Assembly (NCBI GenBank): GCA_021738565.1
Contig: JAIPBT010000020.1
Coordinates: 1,692 to 65,691, forward strand
DNA length: 64,000 nucleotides
Direction: 5' to 3'
DNA from: Bacteroidales bacterium
Lineage (GTDB): Bacteria > Bacteroidota > Bacteroidia > Bacteroidales > GCA-2748055
Positions 28,187 through 38,481 of the stretch are shown here, piece by piece; within the stretch, counting starts at the first letter, position 1; each line of letters opens with the position of its first letter. Both the position numbers and the translations under genes were made by a program. Below the pieces are notes generated by a model. The model was not told where the DNA came from. It saw nothing but the letters and a program-made list of their open reading frames with translations, and made no database searches.

Positions 28187-29695
28187 TTAGGGCTTGTTGT
28201 GCGCCGGCCTTATCAGGTCGAATATGGTCTTTACCGGAGTAAATGTATCGGAAGAAATCTCAGCAAAAATTGTTATCCACCCTGCCATCGAACCGTTCCA
28301 TAACCCTGGTAATTCAAGGGCTTTCAAATCTTTTCCCTTCACTGATTTAATTGAAATAAAACCTGTATCGTGATCTACATAATCCGACAGATTATAACTC
28401 CGTCCATTTTGTCTTTTGATACTGCAGACCAAATCCACCGGGTTAAAATGACTGGATCGACGGAACAAATTTAACTGATGCTCATTGTACTGATCTACCT
28501 GTGAAGGTTCTACGATCTGCAGGGAGACCTCCCCTTCCCGGTTCTTTGTAAAGAACGGTCCCCCACCCGGTTCTCCCTCATTTTTCACCATACCACATAC
28601 CCTTAAGGGCCTGTCCAGTTTTTGTGTCACCCACTGTCGCTTATGATCATCGGGCCATGAATTATAATCATTTGGGATATCAACATACGCCTTATTTTTC
28701 AGCCAGTCAATTGCCTTATCAAAAAAATGATTCCCTTCAGGTTTGGCTATCTCCTGCATTAACTCGTTAACATCTGATCGCGCCTTCAACAGGATACCAC
28801 CCAGCATTTTCTTATTAAGTATCCTGTTATCGCTGTTTCGATCAGGTGAAATGTTATCAATGTTGTTAATAAAAATAATATCACTGTTGAGATCGTTTAA
28901 ATTTTCAAGTAATGCTCCATGTCCCCCGGGACGAAATACGATCTTCCCATCCTCATCACGAAATGGCCTGTTCTTAAGATCCACTGCTATGGTATCTGTT
29001 TTGCGCTTTTGAAAAGAATAGGTTATATCAAATTGCACCTGGTAGGCATTTTCAAGTGCAGGAACAACAGCTTTTTCCAATGACCTGAAATCATCAAAAT
29101 GTTCCTCTGAAACAGTAAAATGAAGCTTTACTCTGTCACCTTCACCTATCAACCTGGCCGCTTCATGCAAGTGCTCCTCGAAAGCAGTCCTGCTGATATC
29201 GCCATAATCATGGAAACTGATCAATCCCTTTGGCAGCGCTCCATAATTTAACCCCTTGTTTCCAAGTATCATATCCAGTATTTTATCTGGCGGCTCATTG
29301 CCCTCCAATCCAAGTTCCCTGTAAAATGGATATTTATTGAGACTGTTAAAGAAATCATTTATCAAGGGATTTGAGGCTATATGGTTTATTTGATCCTGCC
29401 TGGTCCTCCCTACAAGCTCCTCCCTTTTTTCGTACAATGATTTAAACATTCTTGTTGCAGCACCTGATGCCGGCACAAACCTGCATATATCGTGCTCTTC
29501 TTTTCGCTTATCAAAATAAACTGCCAGTTCACCTTTTTCATCTTCATTGTATGCAGCAATTCCGCTGTCTATTGAAGCGGGCCCGACTAATTCAGTGAAG
29601 GGAAATCCTTCCTTGAATCTCTTAAGCTGTCTTTCGGTGATTTCAGGTTCAGCGCCATAATCTCTAATCTGTCTTTTATCTTTAGTAGTTAACAT
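28187..29695 (-). CDS. DUF4301-like protein with UDPGP-type nucleotidyltransferase-like motifs
   Basis: 502 aa, with size and N-terminus matching my recollection of DUF4301. Motifs PASGAATRMFK, RPGGHGALLENL and IFINNIDN. Confidence 0.55.
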   Translation of the reverse strand: MLTTKDKRQIRDYGAEPEITERQLKRFKEGFPFTELVGPASIDSGIAAYNEDEKGELAVYFDKRKEEHDICRFVPASGAATRMFKSLYEKREELVGRTRQDQINHIASNPLINDFFNSLNKYPFYRELGLEGNEPPDKILDMILGNKGLNYGALPKGLISFHDYGDISRTAFEEHLHEAARLIGEGDRVKLHFTVSEEHFDDFRSLEKAVVPALENAYQVQFDITYSFQKRKTDTIAVDLKNRPFRDEDGKIVFRPGGHGALLENLNDLNSDIIFINNIDNISPDRNSDNRILNKKMLGGILLKARSDVNELMQEIAKPEGNHFFDKAIDWLKNKAYVDIPNDYNSWPDDHKRQWVTQKLDRPLRVCGMVKNEGEPGGGPFFTKNREGEVSLQIVEPSQVDQYNEHQLNLFRRSSHFNPVDLVCSIKRQNGRSYNLSDYVDHDTGFISIKSVKGKDLKALELPGLWNGSMAGWITIFAEISSDTFTPVKTIFDLIRPAHNKP

Positions 29696-29722
29696 ATATT
29701 TCCTTATTCAATTATTGCATTA

Positions 29723-30307
29723 CTATTTCAAAACTTTAGCAGCTGCATTTTTACCAGCTATCAGTGCATCGATATTCATTTTTACCAATTCATCTCCCTT
29801 TCTGCCAAAAATATGGCGGACACTATCCTCCAATGCATTGAAATCTACATGTAGAAAGGATGACGCAGCTCCCAGCATTACAATATTCGATACTTTTCGT
29901 GACCCGATTTCCTTTGCTATATCATCTGCATCCAACAATATACTGTTTGATACACTATTAATTTCAGAGTACAACATTTCAAGATCGGGATAAGATGGTA
30001 TATTAATGAATGGTTTTGAATTGGTTATTAGCCATCCCGATTCATCAAGGAAGGGAAGGTATCGCAGTGATTCCATTGGTTCCACCGACAGGATCAGGTC
30101 ACAAGCACCTGCCGGAATCAAATCAGAATGTATGTCTTTATCCGACAGCCTCAGGTGCGATTGCACTGCTCCGCCCCTCTGGCTCATCCCGTGTACCTCC
30201 GATTGTTTCACATGAAGTCTACTGTTCATTGCAGCCATTCCTATCACTGCGGCAATTGATAATATGCCCTGTCCTCCCACTCCTGCCAATATAATATCTG
30301 TTTTCAT
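29723..30307 (-). CDS. iorB: indolepyruvate ferredoxin oxidoreductase subunit beta
   Basis: MKTDIILAGVGGQGILS N-terminus (start moved to the second Met), pyruvate/ketoisovalerate oxidoreductase gamma-type domain. Confidence 0.85.
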   Translation of the reverse strand: MKTDIILAGVGGQGILSIAAVIGMAAMNSRLHVKQSEVHGMSQRGGAVQSHLRLSDKDIHSDLIPAGACDLILSVEPMESLRYLPFLDESGWLITNSKPFINIPSYPDLEMLYSEINSVSNSILLDADDIAKEIGSRKVSNIVMLGAASSFLHVDFNALEDSVRHIFGRKGDELVKMNIDALIAGKNAAAKVLK

Positions 30308-30542
30308 TCGTATATTATTTAATCTTTTATATGTCAAATAGCCTGCCCAGAACTATTTCGGGGAAAATCGCCATGATAATTTATCAAAGAAACCTAACGC
30401 CACAAGAGAAACCCTTATGCACCATTGTTCGTAAAAGGTAATGAAAATAACATGAGGCCTCCATAGCATCAATATCTAAATTGTCATATATTGAGTTAAT
30501 AATTCTGTCATGGCTCGGTTCATAATCAATTTGATTTTGCGA

Positions 30543-32144
30543 TTAATTTCCTGTTGAAGCCTTCTTTTTTCTGGATGCTGTCTGGATGCATTCCCTCTTT
30601 GAAATGATCACTGAAACACCTTCATACAGCAGTTCCTTTGAAATTATACCGGTATTCTTTTCATGGTACTTCTTTAACGGATTGATCTCAATAATATGAT
30701 CTTCTTCCACGCCAAGACCTTTACAAATGTTGTAAAGCCGGTCTGTTGCATGGGATTTCTGACCCCCTGTCATACCTGTCGTAGAATTATCGCTGATGAT
30801 CACCGTAACCGGAGTTGATTCAACAATTGCATCGAGCAGTCCTGTCATACCTGAATGTGTAAAGGTTGAATCTCCAATTACAGCCACTGATGGTTTGAGA
30901 CCTGCATCGGAAGCTCCTTTTGCCATTGTGACCGAAGCCCCCATGTCGACACATGAATTAATTGCATTATAAGGAGGGAGCGCCCCAAGTGTGTAACAGC
31001 CTATATCTGAGAATACCCGGCCCGGTCCATAAGGTTGCAAGGCCTCATTCAATGCATTGTACATGTCAATATGACTACAGCCTTTGCACAATGCGGGAGG
31101 CCTATTTGCAACAATATCAGGAACTTTCGGTCCGTCCCCATATTGCAGATTCATGGCCTTTGCAACGATCTGGGGATTTAATTCACCATCCCGGGGAACC
31201 GTACCATCCAATCTTCCTTTAATACTGTATTTTGATGGCAAACCTCCTTTGATCGATTCTTCAAGCAAGGGGTAACCCTCTTCAAAAATAATAAGCTCAT
31301 CTGTCTGGTCTGCCAGTTTTTTAATCATGGACCCCGGAACCGGGTAATGTGAAATTTTCAGTACGGGGTATTTGAGTTGAAAATGGTCACTGACTTCCAG
31401 ATAATAGTTGTAAGCAATACCGCATGCAATAACTCCCTTTGAATGATCATTGTTATCAATAAACCTGTTAAAGCCACTAATTTCAGCATCATTCTCCAAT
31501 TGTTCCTGCATACTTAGCAATCCCTTATATCTTTTTCTTGCGAAAGCAGGCAGGAGTATAAATTGTGTAGGGTCTTCAGGTATACTCAGTTCTTTCTGAG
31601 GTTCCTTCTGTTTTAACTTTACTACCGATCGCGAATGTGCAAGACGGGTAGTAACCCTTAACATCACAGGCAATTTATATTTTTCCGACAATTCAAAAGC
31701 ACTGTGTGCAAAATCATAGCATTCCTGCTGATTTGAAGGCTCAAGCACCGGAATCATTGAAAACTTCCCGTAGAACCTGGAATCCTGTTCATTTTGAGAG
31801 GAGTGCATAGAGGGATCGTCGGCAACAGCAACGACCAATCCACCGTTAATGCCTGTTATGGCTGCATTAATAAATGCATCAGCAGCCACGTTCAAACCCA
31901 CATGCTTCATGCATACCATGGATCGCTTCCCTGCATAGGACATTCCAAGCGCTGCCTCCATGGCTGTTTTCTCATTGGCCGACCATTCAGAGTGAATGCC
32001 ATTTTCAAGGGCCTCAGGAGATTGCTGGATGTATTCAGTAATCTCCGTGGAAGGTGTGCCCGGGTATGCATAGACACCTGATATACCTCCATCCAATGCC
32101 CCTTTAGCTATGGCTTCATCCCCCAACAGTACAAGTTTATTCAT
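30543..32144 (-). CDS. iorA: indolepyruvate ferredoxin oxidoreductase subunit alpha
   Basis: 533 aa with N-terminal GDEAIAKGALDGG and TPP motif GDSTFTHSGMTGL. Confidence 0.9.
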   Translation of the reverse strand: MNKLVLLGDEAIAKGALDGGISGVYAYPGTPSTEITEYIQQSPEALENGIHSEWSANEKTAMEAALGMSYAGKRSMVCMKHVGLNVAADAFINAAITGINGGLVVAVADDPSMHSSQNEQDSRFYGKFSMIPVLEPSNQQECYDFAHSAFELSEKYKLPVMLRVTTRLAHSRSVVKLKQKEPQKELSIPEDPTQFILLPAFARKRYKGLLSMQEQLENDAEISGFNRFIDNNDHSKGVIACGIAYNYYLEVSDHFQLKYPVLKISHYPVPGSMIKKLADQTDELIIFEEGYPLLEESIKGGLPSKYSIKGRLDGTVPRDGELNPQIVAKAMNLQYGDGPKVPDIVANRPPALCKGCSHIDMYNALNEALQPYGPGRVFSDIGCYTLGALPPYNAINSCVDMGASVTMAKGASDAGLKPSVAVIGDSTFTHSGMTGLLDAIVESTPVTVIISDNSTTGMTGGQKSHATDRLYNICKGLGVEEDHIIEINPLKKYHEKNTGIISKELLYEGVSVIISKRECIQTASRKKKASTGN

Positions 32145-32217
32145 ATTTGGTATACTTAATATTTAAAGCCTAAATTATATAAAATAATATGTGTTGATTT
32201 ATATTGTTCAGCATCTG

Positions 32218-32634
32218 TCAGGAATATACCGTAATAACAATTTTCCTTGCACTGCTGAAGTTACGAAACTCACATAAATACACACCTTGCCAGGTGCCAA
32301 GGTTAAGCTTGTGATCTGTTATGGGGACCGACAACTCATTACCGATAAGAGAGGCCTTCAAATGTGCTGGCATATCGTCCGGTCCTTCCAATGTGTGCGT
32401 GTATACAGGATGGTTTTCAGGTACAAGCTCATTCATGAAACTTTCAAAATCAACCCGTACCGAAGGATCTGCGTTCTCATTCAGGGTCAATCCTGCAGAG
32501 GTATGCTTAACAAAAAGATGGAGCAAGCCTTTTTCAGGCATCTCATCCAGGTGATCGAGGATTCTTTGTGTAATGAGGTGGTAGCCCCTTCCATTTGTAT
32601 GTACAGTTATTTCCTTCTGATAGATCATGATCAT
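32218..32634 (-). CDS. YjbQ/UPF0047 family protein (secondary thiamine-phosphate synthase)
   Basis: 138 aa with motifs HTSAGLTLNENADP and PAHLK. Confidence 0.85.
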   Translation of the reverse strand: MIMIYQKEITVHTNGRGYHLITQRILDHLDEMPEKGLLHLFVKHTSAGLTLNENADPSVRVDFESFMNELVPENHPVYTHTLEGPDDMPAHLKASLIGNELSVPITDHKLNLGTWQGVYLCEFRNFSSARKIVITVYS

Positions 32635-32738
32635 TTCGCTTCAACAAGTGTTAATAAAATACAAATTTAGTTGATCTCATAAGGGATAAGAAGCATAACT
32701 GTTTTTTTTAGTTATTTTTGGACAATATTTCAATTTTT

Positions 32739-33392
32739 ATGCGGTATCTGCGGGTCGTATTATTTTCTGCATTTTTCCTTGTATTTTCTGCTGGTTCGCT
32801 TTCCGGTCAGTTTTTTTTCGGTGGCAGAAGCGATGAAAAACTGATACAATTTTCCGGGATCATAAGAAACCTGGAGCATGTTCCTGTTGGTCATGCGAAC
32901 ATTGTGATACTGAATAAAGAGAGGGGCACCACAGCAGATGGCAGGGGGTTATTTTCATTTGTTGTTCAGCCGAATGATACAGTAATTTTCAGTCATATCG
33001 GGTACAAACCTACCATTCATATCATCCCTGATAGTCTGACGGTTACCCATTATCCATCAGATATATTTATGGTAAGCGACACATTTAAATTGTCGGAAGT
33101 GAAAATCTACCCATGGAAAACATATGCAGAATTTAAAGAGGCCTTCATTTCCATGGAAACGCCAGGTGATGACGAACAAAGGGCGATGAAAAACATAGCA
33201 CTGATAAAAACCCAGATTAAGATGGGAGATGCCGTGTCCACACCTACCATGAACTTCAGGGAGGTAATGCAGCAACAATACAATCAATTGTATTACGAAG
33301 GCCAGTATCCATATTACACAATTTTTGACCCCATCAGGTGGGCTGAATTCTTTGATGCAATAAAAAGAGGCGACTTTAAGCGGGATGATTAA
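32739..33392 (+). CDS. carboxypeptidase-regulatory-like domain protein (hypothetical)
   Basis: Signal peptide, then a GIIRN...PVGHANIVILN..GTTADGRGLFSF pattern. The ORF-track start at 32718 is a TTG, so I use the ATG at 32739. Confidence 0.5.
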   Translation: MRYLRVVLFSAFFLVFSAGSLSGQFFFGGRSDEKLIQFSGIIRNLEHVPVGHANIVILNKERGTTADGRGLFSFVVQPNDTVIFSHIGYKPTIHIIPDSLTVTHYPSDIFMVSDTFKLSEVKIYPWKTYAEFKEAFISMETPGDDEQRAMKNIALIKTQIKMGDAVSTPTMNFREVMQQQYNQLYYEGQYPYYTIFDPIRWAEFFDAIKRGDFKRDD

Positions 33393-33461
33393 GCAAGATT
33401 CCTTTCCAAAAATACAATTATTGAGGCGCATCATCAGTTATTTCTTTGTTTGGACTTGTGA

Positions 33462-35924
33462 ATGAAAAAAAGCATTCTGATCATATTGTCATTTTTCCTT
33501 CCTGTCAACTTTATCATTGGACAGGATCATGCAATATTGTTGGGTCATATCATTGATTCGCTCGAAAGGCCCATCGATTTGGCCAATGTTGCTGTAATGA
33601 ACACAAACGAAGGAACCATGACAAACTCTGCAGGATTCTTTGAGATCAAAGTTCCTGCAGGGGTTAATGTGCAATTGAACATTTCCTGTATCGGTTATGA
33701 GCCTGAAGTCGTTGAGTACAAACTCCAGCCTGGGGAAACCAAGGAAATAAAGGTGGTACTCAGACAGCAGGTCAAGACCATCGATGAAATATCTGTAAGT
33801 GCCAGGCAGGATCGCGCAAGTACCTTCCAGAACATTGATGTAAAGGACCTGGATTATATGCCCAGTACAACGGGGAAAATTGAGGCAATTATTAAGTCAC
33901 AGGCGGGAGTGAGTTCCAATAACGAATTAAGTTCACAGTATTCCGTCCGTGGTGGTAATTTCGATGAAAACCTGATATATGTCAATGATATTGAGATCTA
34001 CAGGCCTTTTCTCGTGCGCTCCGGTCAACAGGAAGGATTGAGCTTCGTGAATTCAGATCTCGTCTCTTCTATTCGTTTCTCTGCAGGAGGATTCGATGCG
34101 AGATATGGAGACAAGATGTCCTCTGCACTTGATATTACCTACAAAAGACCCGATAAATTCCGTGGATCAACCTCGCTAAGCCTGTTGGGTGCATCCTTAC
34201 ATTTCGAAGGGTCCTCCAGGAACAAAAAATTCAGTTACCTGGCGGGATACAGGTACAAAACAACTTCATACCTGCTTAATACTCTTGAAACAAGTGGTGA
34301 TTACAATCCCTGGTTTTCAGATCTTCAGTCGTTGATAACCTATCGATTTTCGAGAAAAGTAGAACTGTCATTCCTGGGAAATTACTCTTCCAACAAATAT
34401 CTGTTCATTCCTAAAACAAGGGATACGGAATTTGGAACCGAACAACTTCCCTTCAACCTGAGGATATATTACGATGGACAGGAACTCGACCAGTTTAACA
34501 CCTATTTGGGGGCTTTATCACTCCATATCAAGCCCGCCAGCAACCTGAGCTTAAAATTCATTTTTAATGCATTCCAGACAATAGAGCGGGAAACATTTGA
34601 TATAAAAGGGCAATACTGGATCAATGAACTTGACAATACAGCTGGATCAGAAACATTTGGTGACAGCATCCTGAACCTCGCAGTGGGAAGTCTACACAAC
34701 CACGCCAGGAATTACCTGGATGCATATGTACTTTCCGGCTCCCACCTTGGTAAGCTCCTGCTTGCCAACCATACATTGAAATGGGGAATTAAATACCAGT
34801 ACCAGGATTTCTATGACAGGATCAGCGAATGGGAGATGGTTGATTCAGCAGGTTATTCAATTCCAAATAGCGGGAATGAAATAGCCCTGGTGGATCAAAG
34901 AAGGGCAGAGAACCGCATCAACTATGATCTTATAAATGCTTTTATTCAGGATACCTGGGAGTTAACCACCAGATATGCAGAATATTTTCTTACCATGGGA
35001 TTTCGCGGCTCTGTCTGGAATTTCAACAAAACCTTCATGCCATCCCCCAGGATGACGATCAGCTTGCAGCCTTACTGGGAAAAGGACATAATGTTCCATC
35101 TGTCCGGGGGATATTATTTTCAACCCCCTTTCTACAAGGAAATGCGCATGTCAGATGACAGGATCAATTATGACATAAAGCCTCAAAAATCCATTCATGT
35201 CCTTTTTGGGGGTGACTATATTTTTACAGCCTGGGACCGCCCATTTAAGTTAACCGCGGAAATGTATTACAAATGGCTCAGCGATCTGATTCCTTTCAAA
35301 ATAGAAAATGTACGCATCCAGTATGCAGGTGAAAATATAGCATCCGGCTATGCAACCGGGATTGATATTAAACTAAATGGTGAATTCGTCCCCGATGCAG
35401 AATCATGGTTCACAGCATCGTTGATGCAAACCCGGGAAGATATCCCCGGAGATTCCATAGCAGTTACCATTGACGGTAAGAAGGTATATGAAGATGCAGG
35501 TTATTACTCCAGGCCTACAGATCAGCTTTTTACCGCAGGTGTATATTTCCAGGATTACCTCCCCAACAATCCCGATTACAAGGTCACACTGAGTGCTTTC
35601 TTTGGCACCGGTCTGCCATTAAGTCATCCCGATGAAGACAGGTATTATACAACCTACAGGATGAAGCCCTACAGGAGGGTTGATCTTGGTTTTTCCAAAA
35701 GCCTGAAGCGAAAAGATCAACAATTAAATATATCCAATCCCTTCAGGCACTTTTCCACAATCTGGCTGAGCGCGGAAGTTTTCAACCTGTTGGGAATCAG
35801 AAATGAGGCATCATACACCTGGATCCGGACAACTTCCAATCAAAGTGGAATCTCTGCCCAGTACGGTGTTCCAAATTACCTTACAGGCAGGAGATTCAAT
35901 GCAAAAATTACCGCGCGCTTCTGA
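33462..35924 (+). CDS. TonB-dependent receptor with N-terminal CarboxypepD_reg domain
   Basis: 820 aa with signal peptide, plug region and C-terminal beta-barrel ending NAKITARF. Confidence 0.85.
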   Translation: MKKSILIILSFFLPVNFIIGQDHAILLGHIIDSLERPIDLANVAVMNTNEGTMTNSAGFFEIKVPAGVNVQLNISCIGYEPEVVEYKLQPGETKEIKVVLRQQVKTIDEISVSARQDRASTFQNIDVKDLDYMPSTTGKIEAIIKSQAGVSSNNELSSQYSVRGGNFDENLIYVNDIEIYRPFLVRSGQQEGLSFVNSDLVSSIRFSAGGFDARYGDKMSSALDITYKRPDKFRGSTSLSLLGASLHFEGSSRNKKFSYLAGYRYKTTSYLLNTLETSGDYNPWFSDLQSLITYRFSRKVELSFLGNYSSNKYLFIPKTRDTEFGTEQLPFNLRIYYDGQELDQFNTYLGALSLHIKPASNLSLKFIFNAFQTIERETFDIKGQYWINELDNTAGSETFGDSILNLAVGSLHNHARNYLDAYVLSGSHLGKLLLANHTLKWGIKYQYQDFYDRISEWEMVDSAGYSIPNSGNEIALVDQRRAENRINYDLINAFIQDTWELTTRYAEYFLTMGFRGSVWNFNKTFMPSPRMTISLQPYWEKDIMFHLSGGYYFQPPFYKEMRMSDDRINYDIKPQKSIHVLFGGDYIFTAWDRPFKLTAEMYYKWLSDLIPFKIENVRIQYAGENIASGYATGIDIKLNGEFVPDAESWFTASLMQTREDIPGDSIAVTIDGKKVYEDAGYYSRPTDQLFTAGVYFQDYLPNNPDYKVTLSAFFGTGLPLSHPDEDRYYTTYRMKPYRRVDLGFSKSLKRKDQQLNISNPFRHFSTIWLSAEVFNLLGIRNEASYTWIRTTSNQSGISAQYGVPNYLTGRRFNAKITARF

Positions 35925-36479
35925 TCAGAATGGATTTTTAGTAACAAATTCTGACACTGATTTCCTTCCCTGCCTTTTGTTTTCGCGTTCAGCAATCTCG
36001 CGTGGCAGCTGATCAGGATCACCTTTATAACCTATTGCTATCATCGCTGCAGGTTCATGTACGTTCGAAAGATTAAGCACCTTTCTTGCTTTTTCATGAT
36101 CATATCCTCCCATCTGGTGCACATACAACCCCATATCTGTTGCCTGTGCAAGGAGGTTGCCCACAGACATACCGGTATCATACCATGCAAAACGGTTCAA
36201 TGAAGTTCTTCCCGGTGGCACTGTTTCCACTATACCCAGTGCCAGCATGGGTGCTGTTTTTACCCATTTCTGGTTGGAATCATTGATCAGATCAAACAAA
36301 TACCCGTACATCGTATCCACATCCTTAATGCCATAAATAAATTTCCATGGCTGCGCATTAAAACTTGAAGGCGCCCTTGAAGCAGCCCTGAATAAAAGCT
36401 GAATGGTATCATCATCCGGAACCTTTTTAGAAAATGCCACCGGGCTCCATCTTTCTGAAATTATGCTGTTCAATTTCAT
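35925..36479 (-). CDS. nitroreductase family protein
   Basis: 184 aa with motifs RWSPVAF and APSSFNAQPW. Confidence 0.8.
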   Translation of the reverse strand: MKLNSIISERWSPVAFSKKVPDDDTIQLLFRAASRAPSSFNAQPWKFIYGIKDVDTMYGYLFDLINDSNQKWVKTAPMLALGIVETVPPGRTSLNRFAWYDTGMSVGNLLAQATDMGLYVHQMGGYDHEKARKVLNLSNVHEPAAMIAIGYKGDPDQLPREIAERENKRQGRKSVSEFVTKNPF

Positions 36480-36641
36480 ATTGCAGTCTTTAATATTTGT
36501 AACAAGAAAAAGAACTGAAGGTTCTTATAACCAAATAATATGTTGAAGATTCATTAAATCTTTTTTTCGCAACATGATTGAAAACTTTATGTTTACATTA
36601 ACTTTACCACCTGATTTTAGTAAAAGTAAAACCTTTATTTC

Positions 36642-37850
36642 ATGAAAACGCAAGATTACATTAAAAGAGAAGAGAAATTCGGAGCTCACAATTACCATCC
36701 TTTACCCGTTGTGCTTGAAAGAGGAGAAGGTATTAACGTATGGGATGTGGAAGGAAATAAATACTATGATTTTCTTTCTGCCTACTCTGCAGTAAACCAG
36801 GGACATTGCAACCCAAAGATCATCAATGCCCTTTCAGAACAGGCCAATAAGCTAACGCTTACATCAAGAGCTTTCTACAACAATGTGCTGGGAGAATTTG
36901 AAGAGTATGTGACCAAATTCTTCGGATATGATAAGGTGTTGCCCATGAACTCCGGCGCCGAAGGTGATGAAACAGCATTGAAGCTTTGCCGCAAATGGGC
37001 TTATGAGAAAAAAGGGATCCCTGAAAATAAAGCGAAGATTGTTGTATGCGAAGGTAATTTTCATGGAAGGACAATAACAATAATTTCAATGTCAACTGAT
37101 CCTGATTCCTACAAAGGGTACGGTCCATATACCCCGGGTTTTGAGGTGGTTCCGTATAACGACATTCCCGCACTGGAAAAAGCACTTGAAGATCCAAATG
37201 TAGCAGGTTTCCTGGTTGAGCCGATACAGGGGGAAGCCGGTGTATATGTCCCTGATGACGGGTATTTGAGCACTGCCTATGAACTTTGCAGGAAGAAAAA
37301 TGTGCTTTTCATTGCTGATGAAGTTCAGACAGGCATCGCAAGAACAGGCAAACTCCTTGCCTGCGATCATGAAAACGTAAGACCGGATATTCTAATTCTT
37401 GGTAAAGCACTGTCTGGCGGTGTTTATCCTGTTTCAGCCGTTCTTGCAGATGATGATATTATGCTTGTAATAAAACCAGGTGAACATGGTTCAACATTCG
37501 GTGGCAATCCGCTCGCAGCTAAAGTAGCCATTGCTGCTCTTGAAGTTATTGAAGAAGAAAAACTTGCTGAACATGCGGATAAGCTTGGTAAGATCTTCAG
37601 AGAGGAATTAAAGAAAATAGAACACCCGATGGTCAATCTTGTTCGTGGCAAAGGCCTCCTGAATGCCATTGTAATAGAACCAAAGAACGAAAAAACTGCA
37701 TGGGATGTATGTGTTGCGTTGAAAAATAACGGTTTGCTGGCCAAACCCACACACGAACATATTATCAGATTTGCTCCTCCGCTCATTATTACAGAAGAAC
37801 AACTCATGGAATCTGTTGAGATCATCAGAAAAACCCTGGATGAGTTTTAG
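36642..37850 (+). CDS. rocD: ornithine--oxo-acid aminotransferase
   Basis: Motifs [37 protein letters not shown] and LGKALSGG. Confidence 0.9.
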   Translation: MKTQDYIKREEKFGAHNYHPLPVVLERGEGINVWDVEGNKYYDFLSAYSAVNQGHCNPKIINALSEQANKLTLTSRAFYNNVLGEFEEYVTKFFGYDKVLPMNSGAEGDETALKLCRKWAYEKKGIPENKAKIVVCEGNFHGRTITIISMSTDPDSYKGYGPYTPGFEVVPYNDIPALEKALEDPNVAGFLVEPIQGEAGVYVPDDGYLSTAYELCRKKNVLFIADEVQTGIARTGKLLACDHENVRPDILILGKALSGGVYPVSAVLADDDIMLVIKPGEHGSTFGGNPLAAKVAIAALEVIEEEKLAEHADKLGKIFREELKKIEHPMVNLVRGKGLLNAIVIEPKNEKTAWDVCVALKNNGLLAKPTHEHIIRFAPPLIITEEQLMESVEIIRKTLDEF

Positions 37851-37887
37851 TGAAAATTCAAGGGCAGAGATCTGGTGATCAACAGCA

Positions 37888-38475
37888 TTATTTGTGCCGA
37901 TTCTCCAATATTTTGACAACATCTGAAAGCTCGTACCCTTTTTGGGTAAACAAAACAAGCAGATGATAGAGCAAATCTGCTGATTCATTGAGTAACAGTT
38001 CGCGGTTGTTGTCTTTTGATTCGATGATGAGTTCAACAGCTTCCTCCCCTACTTTCTGAGCGATCCTGTTGATACCAGACTTAAATAATTCTGAAGTGTA
38101 ACTTCCCTCCGGCATCTCTGATTTCCTGGCTTTTATAATATTCTGCAATTGATCGAGGAAATCAATACCGGCTTTATTGACTTCTGAAAAACAAGTATCA
38201 GCGCCAGTATGGCAAACCGGACCTTCAGGAACGACTTTAATCAGTAAGGTATCATTGTCACAATCCTCCATTATATCTCTGACATTTAAATAATTACCAC
38301 TTTCTTCCCCCTTTGTCCACAACCGCTTTCTGGTTCTGCTGTAAAAAGTAACACGTCTGTCCTGCCTGGTTTTTTCATAGGCCTCTTCGTTCATAAATCC
38401 TACCATAAGTACCTTTGAAGTAACGGCATCCTGGACGACAACCGGAACCAGCCCGTTCATTTTTTTAAAATCCAT
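37888..38475 (-). CDS. hisIE: bifunctional phosphoribosyl-AMP cyclohydrolase / phosphoribosyl-ATP diphosphatase
   Basis: Motifs LVPVVVQD and CHTG, plus a C-terminal PRA-PH helix bundle. Last gene of the his operon. Confidence 0.92.
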   Translation of the reverse strand: MDFKKMNGLVPVVVQDAVTSKVLMVGFMNEEAYEKTRQDRRVTFYSRTRKRLWTKGEESGNYLNVRDIMEDCDNDTLLIKVVPEGPVCHTGADTCFSEVNKAGIDFLDQLQNIIKARKSEMPEGSYTSELFKSGINRIAQKVGEEAVELIIESKDNNRELLLNESADLLYHLLVLFTQKGYELSDVVKILENRHK

Positions 38476-38481
38476 AATAAT

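Noticed and set aside
30308-30542. 38-codon ORF (MLWRPHVIF...) in the iorA-iorB spacer as a real small gene.
   Set aside because: It has no recognisable motif and no supporting signals. It is mentioned only as part of the spacer observation.
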